DNA of 64,000 bases from Amphiscolops sp. MND2022 (taxonomy: Eukaryota). This document shows positions 10,873 through 22,228 of the stretch, piece after piece. Location of the stretch: positions 44,640,001 to 44,704,000 of the forward strand of contig OZ076419.1 in NCBI GenBank assembly GCA_964187785.1. Reading direction: 5' to 3'. How positions within the stretch are numbered: position 1 is the stretch's first letter; every line of letters starts with the position of its first letter. Made by a program: the position numbers and the translations under genes. The notes beneath the pieces are model-generated. The model had not been told where the DNA came from and did no database searches. It was given only the letters and a program-made list of their open reading frames with translations.

Positions 10873-13800
10873 ATGCAATTTTCCAAAGTTTTTCAATGCG
10901 GAAAACCATTACAATGCTTTGAGGAAGAATGTGGTCTTTGGCGATCTGCGTTTGTAAAAGAGTTCACCGGTACACATAAGGTAAGTTAATTTCTTTACAA
11001 ACACTGTAAAAACTTGTAAATAGTTTTACAAACTGCCTTGAGCAATTTTAATAGCCGTGAATATAAAAATGTCTCAAGACAGTTTGTAAAAAGAGCATTC
11101 TTTGTTTACGTTTTTGACAGTGATACTTTGAAAAACTGGTCAGAACAGTTCGTGAAAAACATACAAAAGAATATAGAATAAGATTGTATAGTATAGGAAT
11201 ACAAAAGAAGAGAAATATATGAAAGAAAATAGTATAAAATTTTGTATTATACTCTTTTATAAATTCCTAATCTTTTGTTCTTAACTTAGATAAACTCGTT
11301 TAAAAATTCACTTTTGCGGCTCATGTATCGTAATGAAATATAATGAGTAATAGAATTAGGGGGATTCCCAAATGGCCTTTCCTCAATGTTGCTACTCGTC
11401 GGAAGGGAGCGAAGCGCCCAAGTCATACAACAAATATAAGAATCTCTTCAGATAAAGACCTGAAAATAAACGCTGAAATGGAGTTTTTCGACGCGATGAA
11501 TAGGTAACTTTGATTTCGACTCAATGAATAGCCTCCGTAGAATTATAAACTATCTGCCTATTTTTTTTGTATATCCTCAAAAATATCTAAAATATTAGGA
11601 ATGTTGTATATACTTCAATTACTCAGTTCAATATGTATCAAAGTAAAACTTCAGCTTTGGCTTTGCGACTGCTAGATGTTTTACGTTCGTAGAATTTCCG
11701 CACAGCAGAAAATGAAAGTTCGATCCCATACAGCAGAATATTTGTTTATGCTGCTCGGATTGGCTGGAAATTGAAAATGAATTGAAATCAGTTAGTTGAA
11801 AACGCGTGACGGATTGTGTAGGAATTATATATAACGTTTTATTAGCCTAATATTAGCTACTCTATTGCAGTCTACTCTAATCTGTATACTCAGTTAATGA
11901 GTATCTGTATTAGCTGAGCTGTAACAGCACTAAAAGCTAGTAATTCTTTTGACTGACAGTCATTGTATTGGATTGAATTATGTCGACCATAATTTTACGG
12001 GACCAAATTGGGACCAACGCAAACGATGTCGACACAATGATATTCGAACCTTGTGACTTAATTGGGGGGAGGGGGCGAAATGAACACATCGTCCATTTAT
12101 TTCCCTGAACTCTATATGGGAATAAAGAATTTTCATTTTCGGTATGAAAATAAAATATTTTATGATCATTCTTTCAAGAAATTGTTTAAAATCTTTTTTG
12201 TTAAATAAAGCCCCCCCCCCCACAATATGCCTTGAAATTTTAGATCCCTACAACTATCATCACGATACAGGAGCCGCAAAAGTGAATTTTTATCATCAAA
12301 TAAACAGGAGAAAGTCATCATTTTTTTGAGTGCCTGCTGGAATTTCATTATTTTTAGGGGTTTCCAGTTTTTTTTTGAAAATTGGTAACATGCGTGTTCA
12401 ATAAATGATTATGGGTAAACACTTCTACTCATTCTATTATTGTATTTTATTTATTATTCATTGAATCTTTTATTTCAACAAAAAATAAATTATTTGAACA
12501 CTCAAATGAATAAACCAATTATATTTGGACCAGTTAGAATAAAAAACAACTATTCTTGAGATAACTAAAACTAAGAACGTTTAATTTAACTTATCGTCAG
12601 CGCATTAAATTCCCACTCAATTTATATTATTCCAATCAACGCAATTTGTTGAGCGATGCAAAATGACTAATTTTGCACTGCTGAACAAAGTGTGTTGATT
12701 GAATACTTGTAACCAATAGGATTTCAGTACTTTATAATATAAAGTTCTGAAATCGTATTGGTAACAAAGATCAGTGGCATAAATGGTAGAACACGAGGCT
12801 GTCGAGCTCTAAGACTGGGTTCAATTCCCGGTGATGAACATTTTTTTCAAGGGTCATGTATCACAACGTGCCCTAAAATATTTTGAAAAATAAATTTCAG
12901 GCTGGGAAAAATAATGAATTGTAAGTTTTTCCCCATAAACAATTGTTTTTATTCTCAGCTAAAAACGGATATCAGCAAAAACTTAAATTGTTGAACTAAG
13001 TTCTGAACATCGTAAATAGACCAATATTTGTTGTTAGCCATCAAACAAGTGGTATAAACTAAGTGATAGATCTTATAAATGTTTTTACCCACAAACATTG
13101 ATTGAATACGCCTAGTTATTTGCATCTGATTTTCAATTTTTTGATAAATTGAAATTGTTAACTAAGTACACGACAGCATTTACCAAAAAAAGATTGTTTA
13201 GTTTACATTTGTCCTTTACAGGCGAACGTGAAATGGTTTAATTATACGAGTAGGCACGCTGCTGGTACCATAGAATGTCCGCCCCAATTCTATGATTTTC
13301 CTGAAAAATGGCCGATCCGGAATAACGAGCCAATGATGTTAGGATACAGTAGAAAGACAGAGTTAAAGCTGAGCCTAGAAGTCCTAGGATACATGAAGGA
13401 CAAGCGTGTAAGGAACGATAAGATTTTTTACACCCGATCATTAGACAAAGATGGACTGCTAACGGGAGATATCAAAGAGGGCTATGTGATGAAAAACGAC
13501 CCTTTCCTTAAAAAAATGCTGGTATCCCCAATTATGGTACCCATTGTGGAAGGCAAATTTCTCGACGAGCAGCTTAAAGGAATTGATGTCACCACGATCT
13601 CATACTTCCAGCTTCGACCTGAACATTGTGAAACGTCCAGGAGAGGAAAGCACAAGAGAGCAACAGAGCAGCCGGAGGGAGAACGAGATGAAAGCGAGGA
13701 CGAAGATGATCGATTCAACATTAGAATTCAGGTCCCATCGAAGAAGACAAAAGTTGTCAAGCAAAAGCCTGCTCTTATTGGCGGACCATCTGACCCATTT

Positions 13801-14442
13801 CTGAATAAGCCCAATGGTCGCGTGAATCTTGTCTGCATACCCATTAGTACGGGTGTGGTCATGAAAGGTGACACCGTGTCACTAATGGGAACTGATTGGA
13901 AAGTGAACGATCTGTATTTCTTGGAGAATAAATTATTTCTGGAAGTCGAGAAACGAGACGATGCATTTTTTAAATCCACAGTCCCAATCAATTATATTAA
14001 AAAAGAATGTGTTTCCCCGGTCGAATTTCACCCAGCAATGCCCCTTTATGAGGAACACTCATTGATTTATTGGGCCTACTCAAACTTACGGCATATATTG
14101 ATGCATTCCTTCAACGGTGCGAGCAGAGTAAAGGACATCAGAAGAGATATTGCCCCATGTACTCCTGCGACACTGCACGCATTTGGCATTCGAGACGGCA
14201 CGGTGACGTATAGTGTGAAATACGATGGCGCCTTATCCACTGCAAGTTGGGATACCATACTGGGGGACGAATGGGACAAGGTTGCGGAAGGGACAGCTGT
14301 TGTGATGTCCATAAAGTTCAAAGAAGATAGAAGCTGTACCCTCAACTTTAATAGGAATATATTTGTGCAAGCTACTCTCGTATCCAATGTAAACTTCAAA
14401 ACAATGGAGAATTACAGAATGCATGTCAAGGAGCATTGTTAA
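10873..14442 (+). CDS. Orphan protein of unknown function (~442 aa; exons 10873-10980 and 13222-14442), copy 1
   Basis: 404-codon open frame preceded by acceptor ttgtcctttacag. Upstream ATG exon MQFSKVFQCGKPLQC...THK ends in AAG|GTAAGT, phase 0. Intermediate exons cannot be excluded. Confidence 0.6.
12769..12847 (+). other. tRNA-derived (Asp-like) Pol III pseudogene or SINE head; also 35821-35899
   Basis: A box TGGCATAAATGG, loop CTGTCGA, T-arm CTGGG-TTCAATT-CCCGG, T-run terminator. Acceptor and anticodon stems pair poorly. Confidence 0.6.
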
Positions 14443-14605
14443 CTGGTACATAATTTATGTTTGACAATTTTTCAATTCAATTTGTGTTCCGATTTTTTTC
14501 TTTCATGATCAAAGATTCTAAATTTGTTAAACTTACAGTAAGATATGTTCAGGAACCGTCCTATTGGACAGCGTGCTGTCGATCGTCACTGCAACTGTAG
14601 AGCTA

Positions 14606-16112
14606 CCCTAGTCGAGCCTGCACGAACTTTTTGCATGTTGCATGAATGCATGCAGGGAAACTTTTTAAAAAACCTAGAAAATTCAAGGATCATGCAGGGA
14701 AAAATCTTGTAAAACTTTCCTGCATCTTTGAAAAATGATCAATTTTCAGATGAAAACTTTTAGAAAAAGACACTGCAGCCTATGAATTTTTGAGCAAGAG
14801 TTCACTTGAAAACGATGACTTCGCTCGAAATCCTCTTCTGATAGAAAACAAAAAAAATAGAAAAATACACTAAATTTGATAAGTGAAATTCAAAACAACA
14901 AATTATAAAAATTATAAAAAAAATTACAGCCTCAGTCTTACTTATAGTAGCTGAGGTTTTCGGGAACCATCTGACATCAAGAAACGGGACATCAAACTCG
15001 TAAAGAATCTGCAATAGTTGCAAGCAAGCTTCCACGACAGAAACGATTCCAGCGATATTGAGGCCGGCGTGAAAATATCGTCATTGAACAATTGTTGGGA
15101 TCTACGTTCACTTTCTAAGAACTTTGAGTGTTTTTCGTTCCGAACGAGTCTCTGATTTTCTGCGAACCTTCAAATCATTCTTTCCTTTGATATGACAGCC
15201 ACGAATGCTGCTTCTACATTGAATGGTTGTAAGTCCGATTTTATATATTTATATGATTCATCTTTTGAAAGCTAAATGACAGCAAGAGGACAAAAGCATG
15301 ATCGTTCTGGGCTAATTTGTTGCTCAGCTATGGGACTATGTATGGAAGTTATCACATCTGTTCCTTTATTCATTTGAATGCTCCAAGCTATTATCGTTCG
15401 TTGCAACTCGGGCTTGATGCTGCGACGACAACAATCTCTTGGCCTTTTCGACTTCTCGTCTCAATATTTCAAAATGATAAATGTTATTAGAAATTTTGAA
15501 AAAAAATTTCACGTCGAATGAAGAAAGTTTTGATTTTTTTGTTCCTTCTGAGAACTTTTTACTGAGAATAGCGTCAGTTCTTTTTTTTCCTTTCGATTCT
15601 CGATTTTAATAGGTAATAGGAAAGTCAAACTATGAAGTTTTAAACAGTCCAATGAAAATCGCTCATTTTCGACATTACGCTCTAAAGTAGTTCCATCAAG
15701 TTTTTCTCAGGATACCATGAAAACTTATAACTTTCTGCCCTAATGACTTGAAGTCGTGACAAATTTTCTATGACCTTATGTTTTTCAGGCGAAAAAAAAA
15801 TGAACCGCGCTGACGATTTTGAGACGAATTTCTTTGCTTCAGTGGCACATTTAGATGAGTTCACATCAGACGAAAGTTTTGCGGGTTTTCGTCCTCTACA
15901 ACTTTGATCATCATGATGCTGCTTACAAAACCCGCCAAATTGTGCATAAACCTTGATTAAAACTAATAAGCTGATAATTAACTTAAATAATTATCAGCTC
16001 AACGGCGAAATTTTCGAGCATGAAAATAATTCAAAGAATCACCCAAAACTTTATTAAAAGTATCAGGCAACCTATAAAAGCATGTAAAAAGTTCATGCAC
16101 TGTGAACAAGGG
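14606..16112. mobile_element. Non-autonomous TIR element with CCC..GGG ends and TA flanks; also 17560-19066 and 37658-39163
   Basis: TA|CCCTAGTCGAGCCTGCACGAACTTTTTGCATG ... CATGTAAAAAGTTCATGCACTGTGAACAAGGG|TA; imperfect ~30-bp TIRs. Confidence 0.65.
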
Positions 16113-16496
16113 TACCAACAGGGGTGTGCATGCAATAATCTATCGGAAGATCAATAAATTATTGCAAAAAATAATTTATTAGAAAGCTTTTCACTATGAA
16201 TAATTTATTGGCAGGAAATAATTAATAAAATAATTTATTGCATCATGCAATAAATGAAACAATAAATGGGACATTGAATACACCTCGGTTCACATGTATT
16301 TGTTATGTAATATATACCATAAGATTAATATATACCGAAAGATTATGCCCACAGCCAAGTATATTTAGTGCCCACAGCGAAAATCAATGTCGCCCTATCA
16401 TCTAGAATGTGTTCTGTCTTTGAAGACCAATAAATAGTATTGGCATGCATCAATATGTGTTCAATTATGATGATTCAATATTTATAAATTATTGTA

Positions 16497-17396
16497 ATTG
16501 TGGAAGGCAAATTTCTCGACGAGCAGCTTAAAGGAATTGATGTCACCACGATCTCATACTTCCAGCTTCGACCTGAACATTGTGAAACGTCCAGGAGAGG
16601 AAAGCACAAGAGAGCAACAGAGCAGCCGGAGGGAGAACGAGATGAAAGCGAGGACGAAGATGATCGATTCAACATTAGAATTCAGGTCCCATCGAAGAAG
16701 ACAAAAGTTGTCAAGCAAAAGCTTGCTCTTATTGGCGGACCATCTGACCCATTTCTGAATAAGCCCAATGGTCGCGTGAATCTTGTCTGCATACCCATTA
16801 GTACGGGTGTGGTCATGAAAGGTGACACCGTGTCACTAATGGGAACTGATTGGAAAGTGAACGATCTGTATTTCTTGGAGAATAAATTATTTCTGGAAGT
16901 CGAGAAACGAGACGATGCATTTTTTAAATCCACAGTCCCAATCAATTATATTAAAAAAGAATGTGTTTCCCCGGTCGAATTTCACCCAGCAATGCCCCTT
17001 TATGAGGAACACTCATTGATTTATTGGGCCTACTCAAACTTACGGCATATATTGATGCATTCCTTCAACGGTGCGAGCAGAGTAAAGGACATCAGAAGAG
17101 ATATTGCCCCATGTACTCCTGCGACACTGCACGCATTTGGCATTCGAGACGGCACGGTGACGTATAGTGTGAAATACGATGGCGCCTTATCCACTGCAAG
17201 TTGGGATACCATACTGGGGGACGAATGGGACAAGGTTGCGGAAGGGACAGCTGTTGTGATGTCCATAAAGTTCAAAGAAGATAGAAGCTGTACCCTCAAC
17301 TTTAATAGGAATATATTTGTGCAAGCTACTCTCGTATCCAATGTAAACTTCAAAACAATGGAGAATTACAGAATGCATGTCAAGGAGCATTGTTAA
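16497..17396 (+). pseudogene. 5'-truncated duplicate of the orphan exon
   Basis: Created by the 2,954-bp tandem duplication; starts mid-exon with no acceptor or ATG. Confidence 0.75.
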
Positions 17397-19072
17397 CTGG
17401 TACATAATTTATGTTTGACAATTTTTCAATTCAATTTGTGTTCCGATTTTTTTCTTTCATGATCAAAGATTCTAAATTTGTTAAACTTACAGTAAGATAT
17501 GTTCAGGAACCGTCCTATTGGACAGCGTGCTGTCGATCGTCACTGCAACTGTAGAGCTACCCTAGTCGAGCCTGCACGAACTTTTTGCATGTTGCATGAA
17601 TGCATGCAGGGAAACTTTTTAAAAAACCTAGAAAATTCAAGGATCATGCAGGGAAAAATCTTGTAAAACTTTCCTGCATCTTTGAAAAATGATCAATTTT
17701 CAGATGAAAACTTTTAGAAAAAGACACTGCAGCCTATGAATTTTTGAGCAAGAGTTCACTTGAAAACGATGACTTCGCTCGAAATCCTCTTCTGATAGAA
17801 AACAAAAAAAATAGAAAAATACACTAAATTTGATAAGTGAAATTCAAAACAACAAATTATAAAAATTATAAAAAAAATTACAGCCTCAGTCTTACTTATA
17901 GTAGCTGAGGTTTTCGGGAACCATCTGACATCAAGAAACGGGACATCAAACTCGTAAAGAATCTGCAATAGTTGCAAGCAAGCTTCCACGACAGAAACGA
18001 TTCCAGCGATATTGAGGCCGGCGTGAAAATATCGTCATTGAACAATTGTTGGGATCTACGTTCACTTTCTAAGAACTTTGAGTGTTTTTCGTTCCGAACG
18101 AGTCTCTGATTTTCTGCGAACCTTCAAATCATTCTTTCCTTTGATATGACAGCCACGAATGCTGCTTCTACATTGAATGGTTGTAAGTCCGATTTTATAT
18201 ATTTATATGATTCATCTTTTGAAAGCTAAATGACAGCAAGAGGACAAAAGCATGATCGTTCTGGGCTAATTTGTTGCTCAGCTATGGGACTATGTATGGA
18301 AGTTATCACATCTGTTCCTTTATTCATTTGAATGCTCCAAGCTATTATCGTTCGTTGCAACTCGGGCTTGATGCTGCGACGACAACAATCTCTTGGCCTT
18401 TTCGACTTCTCGTCTCAATATTTCAAAATGATAAATGTTATTAGAAATTTTGAAAAAAAATTTCACGTCGAATGAAGAAAGTTTTGATTTTTTTGTTCCT
18501 TCTGAGAACTTTTTACTGAGAATAGCGTCAGTTCTTTTTTTTCCTTTCGATTCTCGATTTTAATAGGTAATAGGAAAGTCAAACTATGAAGTTTTAAACA
18601 GTCCAATGAAAATCGCTCATTTTCGACATTACGCTCTAAAGTAGTTCCATCAAGTTTTTCTCAGGATACCATGAAAACTTATAACTTTCTGCCCTAATGA
18701 CTTGAAGTCGTGACAAATTTTCTATGACCTTATGTTTTTCAGGCGAAAAAAAAATGAACCGCGCTGACGATTTTGAGACGAATTTCTTTGCTTCAGTGGC
18801 ACATTTAGATGAGTTCACATCAGACAAAAGTTTTGCGGGTTTTCGTCCTCTACAACTTTGATCATCATGATGCTGCTTACAAAACCCGCCAAATTGTGCA
18901 TAAACCTTGATTAAAACTAATAAGCTGATAATTAACTTAAATAATTATCAGCTCAACGGCGAAATTTTCGAGCATGAAAATAATTCAAAGAATCACCCAA
19001 AACTTTATTAAAAGTATCAGGCAACCTATAAAAGCATGTAAAAAGTTCATGCACTGTGAACAAGGGTACCAA

Positions 19073-19592
19073 CAGGGGTGTGCATGCAATAATCTATCGG
19101 AAGATCAATAAATTATTGCAAAAAATAATTTATTAGAAAGCTTTTCACTATGAATAATTTATTGGCAGGAAATAATTAATAAAATAATTTATTGCATCAT
19201 GCAATAAATGAAACAATAAATGGGACATTGAATACACCTCGGTTCACATGTATTTGTTATGTAATATATACCATAAGATTAATATATACCGAAAGATTAT
19301 GCCCACAGCCAAGTATATTTAGTGCCCACAGCGAAAATCAATGTCGCCCTATCATCTAGAATGTGTTCTGTCTTTGAAGACCAATAAATAGTATTGGCAT
19401 GCATCAATATGTGTTCAATTATGATGATTCAATATTTATAAATTATTGTAACATTACAATAATTTATTGTTTAAAACAAGTCTTATTATAATTTATTGTT
19501 TAAAACAAACAATCATTTATTGGTTAGTTTCAGCAATAAATTGACTTATTGTATCGTATCAATAATTATAAATGCAATATTGCGCACCCCTG
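19073..19592. mobile_element. hAT-like MITE (CAGGGGTG TIRs); also 39170-39689 and a truncated copy at 16119-16497
   Basis: CAGGGGTGTGCA...TGCGCACCCCTG; 8-bp flanks GGTACCAA / GTTACCAA (7/8); internal AATAATTTATT repeats. Confidence 0.7.
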
Positions 19593-19804
19593 GTTACCAA
19601 ATAGCCGGCTTGGCTAATTTGATTTGAATGATATAATACGGGTGAAAGTTGGCAATTAATTAAGAATGAAAATTGAATTGAATAGGAAATTGGCAGTAAT
19701 GAATTATGAGAAATCTCAATTGGCAAACGAAGAAATTGAAATTTTGTAAATCCGTTTACGAACCTTGTCGGGACTGAACGAAATTTTCACCGAATGTCAG
19801 GACT

Positions 19805-20134
19805 GCTGTGACGTCATAATTAAAATGATAACAAGAGACCAAATAACACAGCAACTGTGACGAATGTGCACGCTTGATTTCTTAGTTTGATTTCCATTTT
19901 ACGGCCTGTAATGAGCTGTGACGTCATAGTTAAAATGATAACATAAGACCAAATAACACAGCAACTGTGACGAATGTGCATGCTTGATTTCTTAGTTTGA
20001 TTTCCATTTTACGGCCTGTAATGAGCTGTGACGTCATAGTTAAAATGGTAACATAAGACCAAATAACACAGCAACTGTGACGAATGTGCACGCTTGATTT
20101 CTTAGTTTGACTTCCATTTTACGGCCTGTAATGA
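19805..20134. repeat. 3 x 110-bp tandem repeat, each unit with TGACGTCA; also ~39902-40231
   Basis: Units start at 19805, 19915 and 20025. Confidence 0.92.
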
Positions 20135-20899
20135 GCTCGATACAGTATGGATACTATTTGCAGGCATAGAGCGGACATGAAGATTACGAAACTCTATCTC
20201 CAGCTCATCACAGTTTGTAAAATGACAGATTATCTTACCTTCAGCCCATGACAGTCCGTAAACTGAAAGATAAAAAAATTTCATTAATAAACGCTAAACT
20301 AAAAAAATGCACGATAAAATGAAAGCTCTTATCTCTAGCTCATCACAGTCCGTAAACTGAAAGGGAACATGTCATCTATTTCCCCCCAGGTACACCTTGT
20401 TAGGAGTTCTCCCCAACACGAAAGCACATTTTCTTCTGGAATAAAAATACTTCACCAAGAAGAGAGTATTATATAAAAGTAAATACTTAGAGGATTGTCT
20501 CTACTAATGTTTGGACACTTCAGGTTTAAAAATGCCATTATTGTTTGTTGATATTGTGCAAAATAGTAAAATTCCCGCTTGAACAAGATACAAAATTATA
20601 AAAAGGCCCCTATTTCACGCAAATTTTCTCCGTGACAAATCTAATGAGCCGTGCCTAATGATTATGTCGACAACAAGGGATCAGAAAAATCTATGGGAGT
20701 TCACGCATCAAACATTGAAAATTCAGACTCAAAAATTGAAGATTATCCTCTTAGACCTTCAGAAATGAAAGATTTAGCACATCGTGATAAGCCTCTGTAC
20801 GGAAATGAAATAGACTTAGACGCAACTATAGTATCAAATGATCACTCTGAGTCATGTATTTTAGGTCTAATGGTATACAATTAAGCTCATGGTATCAAT

Positions 20900-21257
20900 C
20901 AACTCTAGTGTAACTTTAGTGTAACTCAATCCACTTAAACAGCGTGAAACAGTGTAAAACAATCAAACTATAGTGTAAATCAATCAAGTTAAGCAGCGTA
21001 AAACAATCAAAGTTGTTACTGAGTGAATTCAAATTTAAAGCGTCAGCAAGAAATTGTCTAGTATTAATGAATTAGTGTAAAGTAGTCAAACTTTGACTAC
21101 TATCCACTTTTTGAGGAGATTACTTTCTGAATTCCTCAAAAAGTGAATTCTAGTTAAAGTTTGACTGATTTACACTTGACACAATTTCTTGACTGGAATA
21201 CACTTTTTACGAATTACACTTAATGACTGAAATTCGTGAATCTGCGTTACACTGCTT
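20900..21257. repeat. Subterminal short-repeat field (AGTGTAA/TTACACT, AGTCAA/TTGACT, small hairpins); also ~40997-41354
   Basis: Motif orientation flips across the field; 12-bp IR ACTTTTTGAGGA..TCCTCAAAAAGT at ~21106-21144. Confidence 0.65.
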
Positions 21258-21390
21258 GACTGAAATACGCAATAAAATAGCTGATACACGTTACACTCCT
21301 TGACTAAAATACGGTTGGAGACTATTTTACACTGAAAACATACTACACTTGATGATAAAAATTCACTTTTGCGGCTCATGTATCGTAATG
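21258..21390 (-). repeat. Right terminal inverted repeat; also 41355-41487
   Basis: Both unit copies end exactly at this motif. Confidence 0.8.
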
Positions 21391-21391
21391 T

Positions 21392-21591
21392 NNNNNNNNN
21401 NNNNNNNNNNNNNNNNNNNNNNNNNNNNNNNNNNNNNNNNNNNNNNNNNNNNNNNNNNNNNNNNNNNNNNNNNNNNNNNNNNNNNNNNNNNNNNNNNNNN
21501 NNNNNNNNNNNNNNNNNNNNNNNNNNNNNNNNNNNNNNNNNNNNNNNNNNNNNNNNNNNNNNNNNNNNNNNNNNNNNNNNNNNNNNNNNNN
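21392..21591. other. Assembly gap (200 N)
   Basis: N run. Confidence 1.
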
Positions 21592-22228
21592 CTTTATTTT
21601 TGCCGACAATTATATTGCTATACAATAATTAACACCTTTGTCGAATGTGTAAGGAATGTAATGGGAGGATAAACTCCAAGCATGTGGAAGGGAAAATTTC
21701 GAATAAAATTTATCAATACAACGATGAGAAAAAGAGGAAAAACTAAGTTCTTTTATTGCATAGTCTTCACAAATTGACCATATAGTGCACGGAGAGTTTT
21801 AAAAAATAGTCATTTTGCCTCCTATCACGAGTGGATGTCCTGTTTCTCGCCTTGGTGGGCGCATAGAGTTCCACAGATCAGTTGGCAAAAGTGAACTAAT
21901 GTGACGATTCGGGTGAGGGGCGCTTTGTGGTGTCACCTGAAAAAGTTCATACGGAGTATTTTTTGAATCTGCATTACACTGCTTGACTGAAATACGCAAG
22001 AGAAAAGCTAATACACTTACACTCCTTGACTAAAATATAGTTCGGGGTTATTCTATTGTTTTATCAAAGTATTTTGAATGGTATTTTTGTTTTTTGATTT
22101 TCAAAATTCTTACAAAAGACGGAAAAAACAGGACACAAATGCCAACACGGGTTGAAAAATCATTGAGAGTCTTTGCAAATGAAACAATTCTATTTGGCGG
22201 GGTTACCTGCAAGCTTTCGATCGTCGAT

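Larger units (their letters stand above)
13543..19450. repeat. 2,954-bp direct tandem duplication (13543-16496 / 16497-19450), copy 1 only
   Basis: ORFs recur at +2954; junction reads aattattgta|attgtggaagg. Confidence 0.93.
1..21390. mobile_element. Putative giant DNA transposon, copy 1 (left part runs off the window): transposase + ZF-JmjC + YR-like/SET + orphan gene
   Basis: Position 1 matches 23057 and the ORF set recurs at offset ~23,056. Encodes a DDE transposase. Ends in ...GCGGCTCATGTATCGTAATG at 21390, next to the gap. Confidence 0.7.

Noticed and set aside
20651-20884. 77-aa ORF as a fifth cargo gene
   Set aside because: Short, with no clear splice context or recognisable motif; may be a retroelement tail fragment, unverifiable here.
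6540-21390. Calling this IR-bounded segment the complete autonomous element
   Set aside because: The transposase gene splices in frame across the left repeat and the shared duplication extends far beyond it.
21170-21672. ORFs spanning the gap
   Set aside because: Artefacts of the N run.
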